Virus record (IMG/VR): IMGVR_UViG_3300046318_000439
Coordinates: 64,001 to 128,000 of that record
Source of the DNA: a virus
Taxonomy: Duplodnaviria; Caudoviricetes
Length of the DNA stretch: 64,000 nucleotides
Reading direction: 5' to 3' (one strand)
Every line of letters begins with the position of its first letter. Positions within the stretch are counted from its first letter, which is position 1. Shown here piece after piece: positions 54,289 through 63,695 of the stretch. The notes beneath the pieces are model-generated. The model searched no databases and had not been told where the DNA came from. It saw only the letters and a program-made list of their open reading frames with translations. Made by a program: the position numbers and the translations under genes.

Positions 54289-55698
54289 CTATTTGTATTG
54301 TGAATCGACAATTTGATTATATTTTTCATCATTAGGACCAAATAATCCACGCAAAGCTCTTCTGTTATCCACATTCTTTTGATTTTTATAAACTTCGTAT
54401 GGTTTATAAAAAGGTACATCAGCTAGTACAATAGAGTATGCATTAAATCCCTCTGGAGCTTTTGCCATAGTACTCAAAATGCTTACTTGCGTTGGGACAT
54501 TGTCAGTATCATTCTTTGTTTCAGTTTTTTGTACAGAAACTGTTCTTGTTGTGTTTTTGTTTTCGCTTTTCGAATCAGTTTTTGTTTCTGTTTTAACTTC
54601 TTTACTTGCTACCACATTCGTCGGAGATGCTGGTGATGAGGTTTGAGGTGCAACCACACTTGTTACGCTTGTTACAGATGTTGGAGATGTTGTTGAAGTT
54701 GTTGTATTACTTTGACTAGTCGATGAAGGGCTTGGACTAGTATTAATAGTTGTATTGACGAGTGTATCGAAAGAAACACCCTCAGCTAGAGATTGGGGTT
54801 CTGTTGCTGCAACATTTGTTGATTCTTGTGTTGCTTGTAGAAGGTTTCTAACAACAACTGCTTCTCTATACCCAGGGCATGATTCGTTGTATAATGGATT
54901 CAGATTGCATTGTGCTATAAAATAACCAGGGCAATCTGACATGTATAGTGGGTTAATAGAACATTGTTGAGCATGGAAGGCTTGTTGATATGTGGGGCAT
55001 GATGGATCGCTTAATGGATTAACTGCGCACAAATCAACAGCCGTAGAATTTGCTGTCCATGATAACCCATTTGTATTGAATCCAACACCATGATAGTATT
55101 GAAAATATTCACCTCTTGATATATCTCCAATCATACCAACCGTGACTGGCTGGTAAGCAAGAACAGCACCACCATATCTAACATCTACCATTCCGGTAGA
55201 ATCGATCTTTAATTCAAAACTACTGTTGTTGGTCCTATTACTATACTCAGACACTCCATACCAACCATATGTCATTGAATTAGCTGTGCTTAGATAATAA
55301 TGACTGCCACCACTTGCAATCAAGTCTGTCCAAAGTGGCGCAATTGAATAATTATAATTTGTGTCTGTCAGTGTCGTTATGTTCTGTCCTGAGCAACAAA
55401 ATCCTCCAGGAGCATTAGGTCCAACGAAGTTCACGACGCCGTTGGAGTACATCCACGAGTTATTAAATGTTTTACCGAAATAAGGAAAGTTAAACTGCAA
55501 AGGTACGTTGACATTACTATCATCCCCCATCGTTATATTGACAGAGGAAGGATTAGTTCTTATATCTTGAAGAGGTAATGCATTGCTTCCAGTTCCAACG
55601 ACTACACTTAGCCCAGCAGCACCTGGTATTGGTATTGAAACTATTTCTGCATTAACATTCAAGCAGAAGAAACAAAACAACAACAGTAGTTTTTTCAT
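54289..55698 (-). CDS. Secreted protein with nidogen (NIDO)-like domain and Cys-rich repeats
   Basis: Signal peptide; VNVPLQFNFPYFG..FNNSWMYSNG; IAPLWTDL; C..NPL.DPSCP repeats. Confidence 0.65.
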   Translation of the reverse strand: MKKLLLLFCFFCLNVNAEIVSIPIPGAAGLSVVVGTGSNALPLQDIRTNPSSVNITMGDDSNVNVPLQFNFPYFGKTFNNSWMYSNGVVNFVGPNAPGGFCCSGQNITTLTDTNYNYSIAPLWTDLIASGGSHYYLSTANSMTYGWYGVSEYSNRTNNSSFELKIDSTGMVDVRYGGAVLAYQPVTVGMIGDISRGEYFQYYHGVGFNTNGLSWTANSTAVDLCAVNPLSDPSCPTYQQAFHAQQCSINPLYMSDCPGYFIAQCNLNPLYNESCPGYREAVVVRNLLQATQESTNVAATEPQSLAEGVSFDTLVNTTINTSPSPSSTSQSNTTTSTTSPTSVTSVTSVVAPQTSSPASPTNVVASKEVKTETKTDSKSENKNTTRTVSVQKTETKNDTDNVPTQVSILSTMAKAPEGFNAYSIVLADVPFYKPYEVYKNQKNVDNRRALRGLFGPNDEKYNQIVDSQYK

Positions 55699-56210
55699 TT
55701 CTTAGGTTGTTTGTCTGGGTTTTGTTCCCACGCAGCCTTTGCTTCTAAGCCAATCTTACCTTCAATCGGACATGGTGTGCCAGCATTCATCATGGCTTCG
55801 AATACTCTTGTATCTTGACATAGTGTAGATACTGCTGCTACTTTCATTCCCATGTCGTATAAACTCTTAGCAAGTTTTAAACGTTCGCAGTTCATGTCTC
55901 TGGTAGTAGCACCAAAAGACATACCTAGAATTTGTGTTTGTACAGCACCAGAAGCACCGACAGTACACAAATCATTATTAATTGATGTAATTGTTGGTGC
56001 TATTGCTGTTGGGGGTGGTGATTTGACAGTGGTTGTAGTTTCATTGCGTGAAACAGAATTACTGTTTGATGTCGATTCAGTTACAATTGGCTGAGCAAGT
56101 GTAAGGTGTGAAGCCATGACCAAAAATACCGCGAAGGTCTTTTTGAACATCTTTGTTATCCTTTTTAATTGTTTATGTGTGATAAAATGCAGTTCAACAA
56201 AACATAACAA
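55695..56210 (-). CDS. Secreted Cys-containing hypothetical protein
   Basis: PPPTAIAP...DLCTVG.SGAVQTQILG.S.G.T.RD.NCERLKLAK, AGTPCP. Confidence 0.75.
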   Translation of the reverse strand: MLCFVELHFITHKQLKRITKMFKKTFAVFLVMASHLTLAQPIVTESTSNSNSVSRNETTTTVKSPPPTAIAPTITSINNDLCTVGASGAVQTQILGMSFGATTRDMNCERLKLAKSLYDMGMKVAAVSTLCQDTRVFEAMMNAGTPCPIEGKIGLEAKAAWEQNPDKQPKK

Positions 56211-56240
56211 ACAATTAAAAAATCAGTATACCTTTATTTA

Positions 56241-56272
56241 GGGATTCGAACTACTCGAATCCCTTGTTTTTT
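56241..56272 (+). terminator. Hairpin terminator
   Basis: GGGATTCGA-actac-TCGAATCCC followed by T-run. Confidence 0.6.
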
Positions 56273-56276
56273 GCGT

Positions 56277-56471
56277 TTAATTTAAATACGGACCATCTTC
56301 TGATTCATCCTCGATGTCGTCATCCTCTTCCTCATCTTCTATGTGTTGGAACCCACAGAATGGACAAAACTCTGGCTCTTGCTGTTCATCATCTATTTTT
56401 GTTATCGTATACTCTGCATCACAATTTACACAAAGTATGATGTCTTGATCTTCTTCATCGTATTGAAACAC
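56277..56471 (-). CDS. Small zinc-ribbon protein with acidic tail
   Basis: CVNC...CPFC; GTG start after GGGGG. Confidence 0.65.
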   Translation of the reverse strand: MFQYDEEDQDIILCVNCDAEYTITKIDDEQQEPEFCPFCGFQHIEDEEEDDDIEDESEDGPYLN

Positions 56472-56508
56472 ACTACCCCCTATACAAGTGTTATTATTAG
56501 TTCTATCC

Positions 56509-57495
56509 CTATGCTGCCTTAGCCCAAACATCATTCCATGAACCAGACAAAGCTCCTTTTGAATAGTCTGTTGATCTATTTTCAAAGAAGTTTGTATGTG
56601 TTGGTGCATTAATCATTTCTTCAACCCACGGTAAAGGATTCTTCTTTACTTTGAAGATGCCTTTAAGGCCAAGGGAAATGAGGCGACGGTCAGCAATATA
56701 CCGAATGTATTGTTTGACGTCAGCAGGAGTAAGATTAGGCATGTCGCCCATATCGAAAGCGAGATCAATAAACTTGTCCTCGAGTACCACCATCTTTTCA
56801 GCAATAGTATAAATTTCACCTTTGAGCTCATCATTCCAAATATCCCTATTTTCTTCCACAAATGTTCTGAATAATTTAATCATTGATTCTGCATGCATTG
56901 TTTCATCAACAATAGACCATGTAACAATCTGACCCATACCTTTCATCATGCCATGGCGTGGGAAGTTTAAAAGCATGATAAACGAACTAAACAACTGCAT
57001 ACCTTCCGTGAACGCTGAGAAGGCAGCAATCTGCTGAGCAATCGTTTGTTGATCCTGTCCAGCAAGGTTCAAGAAGTATTCGTGCTTATCCTTCATCGCT
57101 TCATATTCTAAGAATTGATTGTATGTTGATTCCGGTAGTCCCAACGTTTCAATCAAATGACTATAAGCTGCTATATGCAAAGCTTCGCGCGCTGCAAATC
57201 CAGTAAGCATCATTCGCACTTCTGGCTGTGGAAAGTATGGTAGGTAATTCTTTACGTAACCACCTGCCACGTCCACATCGCCTTGTGTAAAAAATCTAAA
57301 GATGTGAGTCAGGAATTGTTTTTGTGCTGGAGTCAACTTCTTCTTCCAGTCTTTTACATCTTCTAACATTGGTACTTCTGTATGCAACCAGTGACTCTGT
57401 TCGTGCTTTAACCAAGCGTCATATGCCCATGGATAATTAAACGGCTTGAAATTCGAACGCTCGTCTGTTAATTTTATTTTATTTTTTGTTGCCAT
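56509..57495 (-). CDS. nrdB: Ribonucleotide reductase class Ia beta subunit
   Basis: FFTQGDVDV, EALHIAAYSHL, FTEGMQLFSSF, DETMH di-iron ligands, NFFE. Confidence 0.97.
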   Translation of the reverse strand: MATKNKIKLTDERSNFKPFNYPWAYDAWLKHEQSHWLHTEVPMLEDVKDWKKKLTPAQKQFLTHIFRFFTQGDVDVAGGYVKNYLPYFPQPEVRMMLTGFAAREALHIAAYSHLIETLGLPESTYNQFLEYEAMKDKHEYFLNLAGQDQQTIAQQIAAFSAFTEGMQLFSSFIMLLNFPRHGMMKGMGQIVTWSIVDETMHAESMIKLFRTFVEENRDIWNDELKGEIYTIAEKMVVLEDKFIDLAFDMGDMPNLTPADVKQYIRYIADRRLISLGLKGIFKVKKNPLPWVEEMINAPTHTNFFENRSTDYSKGALSGSWNDVWAKAA

Positions 57496-57502
57496 GTTAT
57501 CC

Positions 57503-57823
57503 TTATATTCTGAAACTTTCTCCGCAACCACAACGATCTTTTTCGTTAGGGTTGATAAACTCAAAGCCTTCGTTAAGGCCCTGTCTCTTATAATCTACTT
57601 CTAAATTTTGTAGGTAGGGTTGATCTTTTTTATTAACGATGATACTAAAACCATCTAATACTACTGCATCATCCCCCGTTTGTAACTCATCCACATATTC
57701 TAACACATACGCCAATCCAGAACATCCAGTCGTTCTTACTCCAACACGTATTCCTAACCCGCCTCCACGACGACTAAGTTGTTGAATAATCTTTTTAGAT
57801 GCTTGTTCTGTTACCGTTATCAT
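57503..57823 (-). CDS. iscA: Fe-S cluster assembly A-type carrier IscA
   Basis: [26 protein letters not shown]. Confidence 0.92.
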   Translation of the reverse strand: MITVTEQASKKIIQQLSRRGGGLGIRVGVRTTGCSGLAYVLEYVDELQTGDDAVVLDGFSIIVNKKDQPYLQNLEVDYKRQGLNEGFEFINPNEKDRCGCGESFRI

Positions 57824-58140
57824 ACACTAAAGGATGATCCACATCCACATGTAGTTGTTGCATTAGGATTAATAATTTTAAAATGATTGCCATTTAAATC
57901 CTCAACATAATCAACTGTAGCTCCCATCAAGTACTGCATACTCATTGAATCTACTAAAAGTTTAGACCCATTGTGCTCTATAGTTATGTCATCTTCATTG
58001 ACTAAATCTTCTATCATGAAGTTGTATTGGAACCCTGAACATCCACCACCCTCTACAAACACTCGTATAGAGAGACTTGGATCTTTTTCTTCTTCTAAAA
58101 TCTGTTGAATTTTACTTGCAGCTGAATCGGTTAATGTCAT
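57820..58140 (-). CDS. erpA: Fe-S cluster insertion protein, ErpA-type
   Basis: [43 protein letters not shown]. Confidence 0.88.
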   Translation of the reverse strand: MTLTDSAASKIQQILEEEKDPSLSIRVFVEGGGCSGFQYNFMIEDLVNEDDITIEHNGSKLLVDSMSMQYLMGATVDYVEDLNGNHFKIINPNATTTCGCGSSFSV

Positions 58141-58142
58141 TT

Positions 58143-58517
58143 TTAGTGCCTCTTTCTATAATCTTCAATTGCCGCCTTTATCGCATCTTCAGCGAGAATG
58201 CTGCAGTGGATCTTAACAGGCGGGAGCGCGAGTTCTTCAGCAATTTGGCTGTTCTTAATTGCGCCTGCCTCGTCAAGTGTCTTGCCCTTGACCCATTCGG
58301 TAACGAGTGAGCTGCTCGCAATGGCTGATCCGCAGCCATATGTTTTAAATTTCGCATCTGTTATAATTCCTTCTTCCACTTTGATTTGCAACTTCATCAC
58401 GTCTCCACACGCTGGAGCTCCCACCATACCAGTGCCGACATTTGGATCATCCTTTTCGAAAGACCCAACATTACGAGGTTGTTCATAGTGGTCAATAACT
58501 TTTTCTGAGTAGGCCAT
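58143..58517 (-). CDS. iscU: Fe-S scaffold IscU
   Basis: [54 protein letters not shown]. Confidence 0.96.
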   Translation of the reverse strand: MAYSEKVIDHYEQPRNVGSFEKDDPNVGTGMVGAPACGDVMKLQIKVEEGIITDAKFKTYGCGSAIASSSLVTEWVKGKTLDEAGAIKNSQIAEELALPPVKIHCSILAEDAIKAAIEDYRKRH

Positions 58518-58598
58518 ACATTGTATCCTATGCTTTATAAAAAGCCAAACAGCGAGAGGGTCGCTGACCCTCTATTTAGAATTACTATTATAATCCAA

Positions 58599-59111
58599 TT
58601 AGCTGTTTAGAACTTTTGCTACGCTGTTAATTACAGCAGCGATCCGTCCAATATCACGAAGTTGTTCTACTGTAAATCCTTCTTGCTTCAATGTGTCGTA
58701 GTGAGCCTTCACGCAGAAGTGACACTTGCCAACAATTGAGGCTGATAAGGAATATGCTTCAAAAAGTGCTTTAGTAGTACCACCATGTGATGCAATAGCA
58801 TTCATTCTCAATTGGGCTGGTAAGCCTTTTAGATTAGGATCTTCTGCCATTTCGACGTATGGATACCATACATTATTCTGAGCCATGATAGCAGAAGCTG
58901 TTAGTGCTGCATCACGTTCAATTTCATTCTCAAACCCAGCACTAATGAATGTGACTAACTTACCATTACCGGTTGCCATAGCTGCAGCCAAAGCACAGCC
59001 GTTTACAATATCGGTATCTAGCGTACTGCGTTTAATAACAGCGTCTAAATTTAGCTTCGTGTCCTTAGCATATTCCGGTAAGGCTTCTTTAATTTGATCA
59101 ACCCATTGCAT
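58599..59111 (-). CDS. ahpD: Alkyl hydroperoxide reductase AhpD
   Basis: LPEYAKDTKLNL, MAQNNVWY, GKCHFCVKAH CxxC. Confidence 0.93.
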   Translation of the reverse strand: MQWVDQIKEALPEYAKDTKLNLDAVIKRSTLDTDIVNGCALAAAMATGNGKLVTFISAGFENEIERDAALTASAIMAQNNVWYPYVEMAEDPNLKGLPAQLRMNAIASHGGTTKALFEAYSLSASIVGKCHFCVKAHYDTLKQEGFTVEQLRDIGRIAAVINSVAKVLNS

Positions 59112-59122
59112 AATATTTTCCT

Positions 59123-59194
59123 TTATTTAAGTGGACAGTCGGGGCATCCTAGCCTACGACAAAATTCTAAGTATTCGTTGTATTCGCTATTCAT
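59123..59194 (-). CDS. Cys-rich microprotein (23 aa)
   Basis: MNSEYNEYLEFCRRLGCPDCPLK*; GGAG/GAGG RBS; fills the ahpC-ahpD gap. Confidence 0.5.
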   Translation of the reverse strand: MNSEYNEYLEFCRRLGCPDCPLK

Positions 59195-59208
59195 GCCCCT
59201 CATCTCCT

Positions 59209-59760
59209 TTAAAGCGTCTCGCCGCCTACTGAACGGTTACATGCACACAACTCACCAGTCTGTAATGCATCAAGTACGCGTAATGTTTCTTCTGGCGAAC
59301 GTCCCACATTTAAATTGTTCACAGTAACGTGTTGAATGACGTTATCTGGATCAACGATGAACGTTGCACGAAGTGCTGCTCCAGCAGGCTCAAAGAAGAT
59401 CCCTAACTGATTAGCCAAAGAGCGCTCGTCTCGAGCAGTATCAGCAAACTGAGTATGCTTAATAGTTTTAAGGTCAGAATGAGCATTTTGCCAAGCCACT
59501 TTACAAAATTCGTTGTCAGTAGAACCCGTTAACAATACAGCATCGCGGTCTGCAAAGTCTTGGGATAATTTATCATATGCTACAATTTCTGTAGGACATA
59601 CAAATGTGAAGTCTTTTGGATAGTAAACGATTACTTTCCATTTACCAGCAAATGATTCTTCCGTGATAGGAAAGAATGCATCTTCCGGCTGACCTGGTTT
59701 AACACCTGTTACAACAAACGGTTCAATTTTATCATTAATTGTTTTCATATTTTTCTCCAT
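59209..59760 (-). CDS. ahpC: Peroxiredoxin AhpC
   Basis: YYPKDFTFVCPTE, LRATFIVDP, GRSPEE.LR.LDALQTGELC. Confidence 0.95.
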   Translation of the reverse strand: MEKNMKTINDKIEPFVVTGVKPGQPEDAFFPITEESFAGKWKVIVYYPKDFTFVCPTEIVAYDKLSQDFADRDAVLLTGSTDNEFCKVAWQNAHSDLKTIKHTQFADTARDERSLANQLGIFFEPAGAALRATFIVDPDNVIQHVTVNNLNVGRSPEETLRVLDALQTGELCACNRSVGGETL

Positions 59761-59798
59761 TGATTAACAAAAACTAACATTTTCATGTTATGATAGTA

Positions 59799-59873
59799 AT
59801 TATACATCAAATTGAAAAAAATGCAAGCTTTCCCCCATGATATATTTTGATCGATCTTATTAATAAAATCAAT
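59799..59873 (-). promoter_or_regulatory. ahpC promoter with OxyR-like four-box operator
   Basis: ATTG-N7-TAAT-N7-ATCA-N7-TCAT (59873-59837) upstream of TTGCAT-N16-TATAAT. Confidence 0.55.
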
Positions 59874-60031
59874 CATCGACCTCGACCAGCACTTCTCTTC
59901 ACTGGTTTAGTGGTAATTTTAAGTCCACCATTCTTAGTCTTCTTACTTTCAGTAACATATTTGTTGCCACAACTATAAGATGTTTTCTGCGATTTACCTG
60001 ATTTATTTTTAAACGCGTTCAAAATACTCAT
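59873..60031 (-). CDS. Small basic protein (52 aa)
   Basis: MSILNAFKNKSGKSQK...RGR*; GGAGG RBS. Confidence 0.55.
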   Translation of the reverse strand: MSILNAFKNKSGKSQKTSYSCGNKYVTESKKTKNGGLKITTKPVKRSAGRGR

Positions 60032-60048
60032 AACTTGCCTCCAATATA

Positions 60049-61845
60049 TTATCCTTCACAAGCCAAACACACATCGCCTTCAGCCAAAGACTTCAAATCG
60101 ATCTCTTGAATTACTTGACGTTCAATCTTCTTAGATACCTTATCTGCTTTGGCTAACTTCTCAGAGCGGCAGTAATATAAAGTCTTCAATCCTTCTTTCC
60201 ATGCTTGGAAGTGTACAGCATGCAAATACTTCACGTTACAATCTGGTCTAAAGAATATGTTCAACGATTGAGCTTGGTCGATGTATTGTTGACGATCAGC
60301 AGCGTGCTGAATTAACCAACGTTGATCAATCTCCATTGCTGTCTTATATACATCCTTAGTCCACTCATCGAAGAATGTTAAGTGTTGTACAGAACCATCA
60401 TTAGCAATAATTGATGACCATACTTCTTGATAATCTAACTTCGGATCTTCTTCACACTTTTGTTTGATTATCTTATCGAGGTGTTTGTTTTTGTTGAGGC
60501 TAGATCCGGATAAGGTATCTTGCCTGTAAGCATTGGCTCTAAAAGGTTCAATTGAAGGTGATGTGTTGCCCATGATAATAGAGCTACTTGCATTAGGAGC
60601 GATGGCCATAAGATGGCTAAAGCGTAAGCCTGTTCCTGCAGCATCCGGAGCCTCTCCTCGTTCTGCTCCAAGTTCTTTGTTTGCTTCATCTAACTTACCT
60701 CTGATGTGTTTAAAAATTTGTTGGTTACGGCCAACTGCCATTGCTGATTCCCAAGGTAAGTTATTCTTTTGCAGGTATGCATGATAACCAAGGGCTCCAA
60801 TACCGATTGAGCGCTCTTGCATAGCTGAGTACTTTGCTCTTGCTACTGGCTCTGGAGCATTGTCAATAAAGTATTGCAATACATTATCCAACATCTCCGC
60901 CATATCCTTAAGGAACAATGGATCATTCTTCCACTCATCATAATATTCTAGATTGACTGAACTTAAGCAACAAACAGCTGTGCGGTCTTTATCTGTTGGT
61001 AGAATAATCTCAGAGCATAGATTAGATTGTTTAATTGATAAGCCTTTTTTCTTTTGGAATTCTGGCATCATTCTATTTGATGTATCAATAAAGTGAATGT
61101 ATGGCTCACCAGTTAACATACGCATTTCAATGATACGCTGCCACAATTCACGAGCAGGAATAGTATCACGCACTTCATTGTTGTGTGGATCTCTTAACTC
61201 CCACGTATCATCAAACGATGGGTCTAACATAGACTGCTCGATGATATGCATAAACTTATCTGTAATGTTAATACCATGATGCAAATTCAAACAACGCATA
61301 TTCTGATCGCCTGTTGGCTTTCTCATCTCTAAGAATAAAAGAATATCTGGGTGATCGATATTGAGATAAGCAGCATAACTGCCACGACGCGTACGTCCCT
61401 GACGATATGCTAAACTACTTGCATCATATGTTCGTAAGTGTGGCATAATTCCTACAGACTTATCATCAGCACTACGAATACCAAGACCGATACCAACTCC
61501 ACCTCCAAGCATTGATAGCCAATTAACTTCAGCTAGACAATCTACCAAACCTTCCGCACTATCGTGTAGATACGGTAAAAAACATGAAATAGGCAAACCC
61601 CTACTACTGCGGCCAAAAGAAAGAATGGGTGTAGAATAGCTAAGCCAATGTTTGCTAGCGTAATCGTATAACCTTTGCGCATGTTCTTTGTTTGTGCCAA
61701 ACGCCTGAGAAACATATGCGAACCTTTCTTGGGGTGATTGTTCTTCTTCTTTCATATACGACTCTTTTAGTCGCTTAATACCTAATTCATCAAATAGTGC
61801 ATCACGTGAATAGTCTACTTTAATACCATGGACGATATCTTCCAT
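60049..61845 (-). CDS. nrdA: Ribonucleotide reductase class Ia alpha subunit (no ATP cone)
   Basis: STPIL, PISCF, QSNLCSEI, CCLSS, AIAPNASSS, DQAQSLN, KTLYY, C-terminal CLAC. Confidence 0.97.
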   Translation of the reverse strand: MEDIVHGIKVDYSRDALFDELGIKRLKESYMKEEEQSPQERFAYVSQAFGTNKEHAQRLYDYASKHWLSYSTPILSFGRSSRGLPISCFLPYLHDSAEGLVDCLAEVNWLSMLGGGVGIGLGIRSADDKSVGIMPHLRTYDASSLAYRQGRTRRGSYAAYLNIDHPDILLFLEMRKPTGDQNMRCLNLHHGINITDKFMHIIEQSMLDPSFDDTWELRDPHNNEVRDTIPARELWQRIIEMRMLTGEPYIHFIDTSNRMMPEFQKKKGLSIKQSNLCSEIILPTDKDRTAVCCLSSVNLEYYDEWKNDPLFLKDMAEMLDNVLQYFIDNAPEPVARAKYSAMQERSIGIGALGYHAYLQKNNLPWESAMAVGRNQQIFKHIRGKLDEANKELGAERGEAPDAAGTGLRFSHLMAIAPNASSSIIMGNTSPSIEPFRANAYRQDTLSGSSLNKNKHLDKIIKQKCEEDPKLDYQEVWSSIIANDGSVQHLTFFDEWTKDVYKTAMEIDQRWLIQHAADRQQYIDQAQSLNIFFRPDCNVKYLHAVHFQAWKEGLKTLYYCRSEKLAKADKVSKKIERQVIQEIDLKSLAEGDVCLACEG

Positions 61846-61866
61846 TTTAACTCCAAATTGTTCTAA

Positions 61867-62628
61867 TTATTTTTGTATGAATTGCTCAGCCATCGGAAAG
61901 ATGGTTGCAATGACTTTTGCGCATTCCTTAGCTATAAGAATATGCTCTTTTTGTGTACCGTGTGCTGCTCTTAGTTGAATATAATGAATCCATGATCTTA
62001 ATGTGCCATTCATGTAAAGTCTAGATATTGTCAGCCCTTCTGGTAGGACTGCGCGTGCTTGCTCTTTTGCTATATTATTAGATACTGCCCACTTGTATGT
62101 TTCGTTTGCTAATTTAATAATCTCTTGTTGCTTTGTGTGCCACTCTCTTGATACTTCTCGTGCATCCAAATCGTTCACTAAATCTAACTCAATTGAATTT
62201 TGACGATTCTTAGTATCTTGCAGACGACACTCTCGGGCTACAAAAGATAAGTCTTCTGTTGGGTCTGCATATCGTTGTGAAAACTCTTGGAAAGAAAATG
62301 AACGGTGGCGCAACATCTGTCTTGCAATGTCTCTAGTCGTTTCAATTTCTAGGCATGCCGATACCATTTCTAGAGGTGACCAATGTTGATGCTTAATCAG
62401 ATAATTGATTAGCTTCTCAGACGTTTCTGTGTTAAATTGATTTGATGGATTTGAAACTCTAGCACAATATGCTACTAGGTCTTGACAATCGTATAGTCCA
62501 TCCGCAACAAATTGTCTTTCAGGCTTACTATATGATACCAGCTTTACTTTCATCTCTTCCTCGTCAATTACTCTTTGCGCCCACATCTCTTCATTTTCTA
62601 GGATGGGTATATTTAATTCTTCTTCCAT
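61867..62628 (-). CDS. thyX: Flavin-dependent thymidylate synthase
   Basis: RHRSFSFQEFSQRY, EQARAVLP, RSWIHYIQLR, TQKEH. Confidence 0.96.
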   Translation of the reverse strand: MEEELNIPILENEEMWAQRVIDEEEMKVKLVSYSKPERQFVADGLYDCQDLVAYCARVSNPSNQFNTETSEKLINYLIKHQHWSPLEMVSACLEIETTRDIARQMLRHRSFSFQEFSQRYADPTEDLSFVARECRLQDTKNRQNSIELDLVNDLDAREVSREWHTKQQEIIKLANETYKWAVSNNIAKEQARAVLPEGLTISRLYMNGTLRSWIHYIQLRAAHGTQKEHILIAKECAKVIATIFPMAEQFIQK

Positions 62629-63635
62629 TGTGTTAATGCTGCCTTCGCTGTAAGCCCACGTTTAATATTTTGCATGATGATCCACTCTGGATCTAACCCA
62701 GCCAGTATCATATCATTAACATCTTTTTCTACTATATCTTCTGGCCAGATACAAACACTATACCCCTGTTCGATGTATTTGTCAATACGATCAACAATTT
62801 GTTTGTTTCGTGGCTCATTGTCCATTACAACTACAATCTCATCTTTAGATTTGTTTGGGAAGATTACTTCTAGATCAACAGACGATCCTGCCATAGCAAT
62901 ACAGTTAGGCAAGAACATAGAATCTATAGGACCTTCTACAACTAAAATCTTACCTCTCTCATCAATAGTGTCCAAACCAAATACCTTTGGCTTAGAATCA
63001 TCAATCATGATGGTAATGTATCTTATACCATCTTTTTTAAATCCTCTACCCTGAAAACCGAACATATTTCCGTCTTTGTCCAGGAAAGGAATGATCAACC
63101 TTGGCTCATCATTCTCAGCGTTAAACTTCTCAGGAATAATGCTATTTACCCAATCTTTAAACTTGGGAGCGTAGAATAATTTATAATGCAAACTGCTCGG
63201 AATCATGCGTTTTTGAACATATTTTTTAACATAATGTTCAGGGTCAAGTTGCGATATTTTCTTAAGCTTTTTAAGCGGACTATCAGCCTTCATAAACGTC
63301 GGAACAGTTACTTTACTGATATCCCTCTTCTCTTCTTTCGGTTCAGGGTTCTCGGCGTTCTTTTCGATGAATTTATCGCGTTTATACTCTTCTGCTAATG
63401 TAGAATCAATCCGTTTAAGGAAATTAAGAAGTGAAATAGACTCATGACAGTTATGACAATAGTAGAGTGTGCCTACTACAGGCTTCTCTACTATATAACC
63501 ACGTGTTTTGAATTTATTTGTTTTTGAGTCTCCGCAAAGAGGACAGCGGAGATTGTAGGTAGTACTATTGACCCTCTTAAACCGATCAACGCGGTTACTA
63601 ATAAGACCAATGTACTTTTGATCAATCCAATCCAT
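62613..63635 (-). CDS. gp61: DNA primase gp61
   Basis: CPLCGDS...CHNC zinc finger, VVEGPIDSMF TOPRIM, DNEPRN, KDVND. Confidence 0.96.
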   Translation of the reverse strand: MDWIDQKYIGLISNRVDRFKRVNSTTYNLRCPLCGDSKTNKFKTRGYIVEKPVVGTLYYCHNCHESISLLNFLKRIDSTLAEEYKRDKFIEKNAENPEPKEEKRDISKVTVPTFMKADSPLKKLKKISQLDPEHYVKKYVQKRMIPSSLHYKLFYAPKFKDWVNSIIPEKFNAENDEPRLIIPFLDKDGNMFGFQGRGFKKDGIRYITIMIDDSKPKVFGLDTIDERGKILVVEGPIDSMFLPNCIAMAGSSVDLEVIFPNKSKDEIVVVMDNEPRNKQIVDRIDKYIEQGYSVCIWPEDIVEKDVNDMILAGLDPEWIIMQNIKRGLTAKAALTQWKKN

Positions 63636-63695
63636 AATATATTCCTATAACCAAACACATTGATTATAGGAGCATTTGCGACCTATGTCAACTGA

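Noticed and set aside
42372-63635. Introns or inteins in ligase, nrdA, nrdB, thyX, primase
   Set aside because: All are contiguous and of normal length.
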